Shown in pieces: positions 36,870 through 37,607 of a DNA stretch of 37,607 nt. The translations under genes and the position numbers were made by a program. This stretch comes from Octopus bimaculoides. Lineage: Eukaryota. Below the pieces are notes generated by a model. That model searched no databases. It saw nothing but the letters and a program-made list of their open reading frames with translations, and was not told where the DNA came from. Location: assembly GCF_001194135.2 (NCBI RefSeq), contig NC_068982.1, forward strand, positions 145,779,250-145,816,856, given 5' to 3'. Each line of letters opens with the position of its first letter. The first letter of the stretch is position 1.

Positions 36870-37310
36870 TCAGGATAACAACACTTGCAAGCTACGCAGA
36901 CGATACGAAATCTCGCAGAAAATATAGTACGCCAGCGATGTTGCACAGCAGCAGGAGTTGGACTCAATTTACAGATGGACTGAGGATAATAATATGCACT
37001 TTAATGCTGAAAAATTCCAAGGCCTGCGCTATCAGCGTCCAGAACTTAATATGAAACTTACAGGGTACACTGGTCCACAGGGAATTTCAATCCCAGAGCC
37101 TGAATCAGTGAGGGACCTGGGTATCGACATGAATGATGATACCTATTTTCAAGTGCACATCACCAGGATGGTGACAAAGTGCAGACGACTGAGTGGATGG
37201 ATGCTGAGAACATTCACAACCAGAGATAAGGAGACCATGATGGTCCGCTGGAGGACATCGTCCTAAGCTGCCTGGATTACTGTTCACAGCTATGGTCACC
37301 CACCAGTGCG
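36870..37310 (+). mobile_element. CR1/L2-group LINE RT fragment
   Basis: ASYADDTK...LDSIYRWTEDNNMHFNAEKFQ...VRDLGIDM...LSGWMLRTFTTRD...LSCLDYCSQLWSP. Confidence 0.88.
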
Positions 37311-37434
37311 AAATTTTGTATTTTGTATTCCTATTGTATGTGTCTACGCATGCGTATCCCTCTATGTGTGTCTATGTTTTGTAAATGGCTGATAGTTAGC
37401 AAGGTGGGACACACATAAGAAAGAAGAAAGCAAA

Positions 37435-37479
37435 GGACCACTGATGAGGTCACAGAAGTGTGACGAAAGAACTCTGGCC
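37435..37479 (+). ncRNA. Minimal type I hammerhead ribozyme with intact catalytic core
   Basis: GGACCA CTGATGA G GTCACA GAAG TGTGAC GAAA G AA CTC TGGCC: perfect 6-bp stem II, A15.1-U16.1 and G15.2-C16.2 pairs, CUC triplet, stem I GG(A)CCA/TGGCC. Confidence 0.75.
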
Positions 37480-37607
37480 GAAATAGGATTAATGTAATGC
37501 AATGTAATATAAAGCTGAAGCAAATTAACACCAAATATACAGACAGTGTTTGTGTTTTTATTGGCTAAACTGGCAATATGACCATCCCCAAATACAACAA
37601 CATCTGT

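Noticed and set aside
1-37607. CRISPR array, rRNA, telomeric array, prokaryotic operon
   Set aside because: No repeat-spacer periodicity, no rRNA motifs, only isolated TAACCC hits; the content is eukaryotic repeat-rich DNA.

Overview
Gappy (about 3.9 kb of N in 12 runs), AT-rich, microsatellite-laden animal genomic DNA. The SINE families and simple repeats resemble an octopus/cephalopod draft scaffold (inference). No intact multi-exon gene is visible, and almost all long ORFs in the track are N-gap or microsatellite artefacts. The window is mostly decayed retroelements: three CR1/L2-like RT/3' fragments, an RTE RT-to-3'-end fragment, an RTE APE fragment, a 5'-intact but 3'-truncated L1/Tx1-like element (zinc-knuckle ORF1 plus APE), two restriction-like-endonuclease (R2/R4-superfamily) 3' fragments, two tRNA-type SINE families, and several inverted-repeat elements. 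The most notable signal is a set of minimal type I hammerhead-ribozyme motifs: one with an intact core (37435-37479), one nearly intact inside a TIR-like flanked element (16238-16301), one Penelope-like copy (24505-24550, minus), and decayed copies at 14841-14885 and in the two arms of an inverted repeat (15511-15954). There is also one plausible 126-nt coding exon on the minus strand (17168-17293) whose donor site lies in a hairpin, and a decayed coding-like block at about 10.7-11.8 kb.
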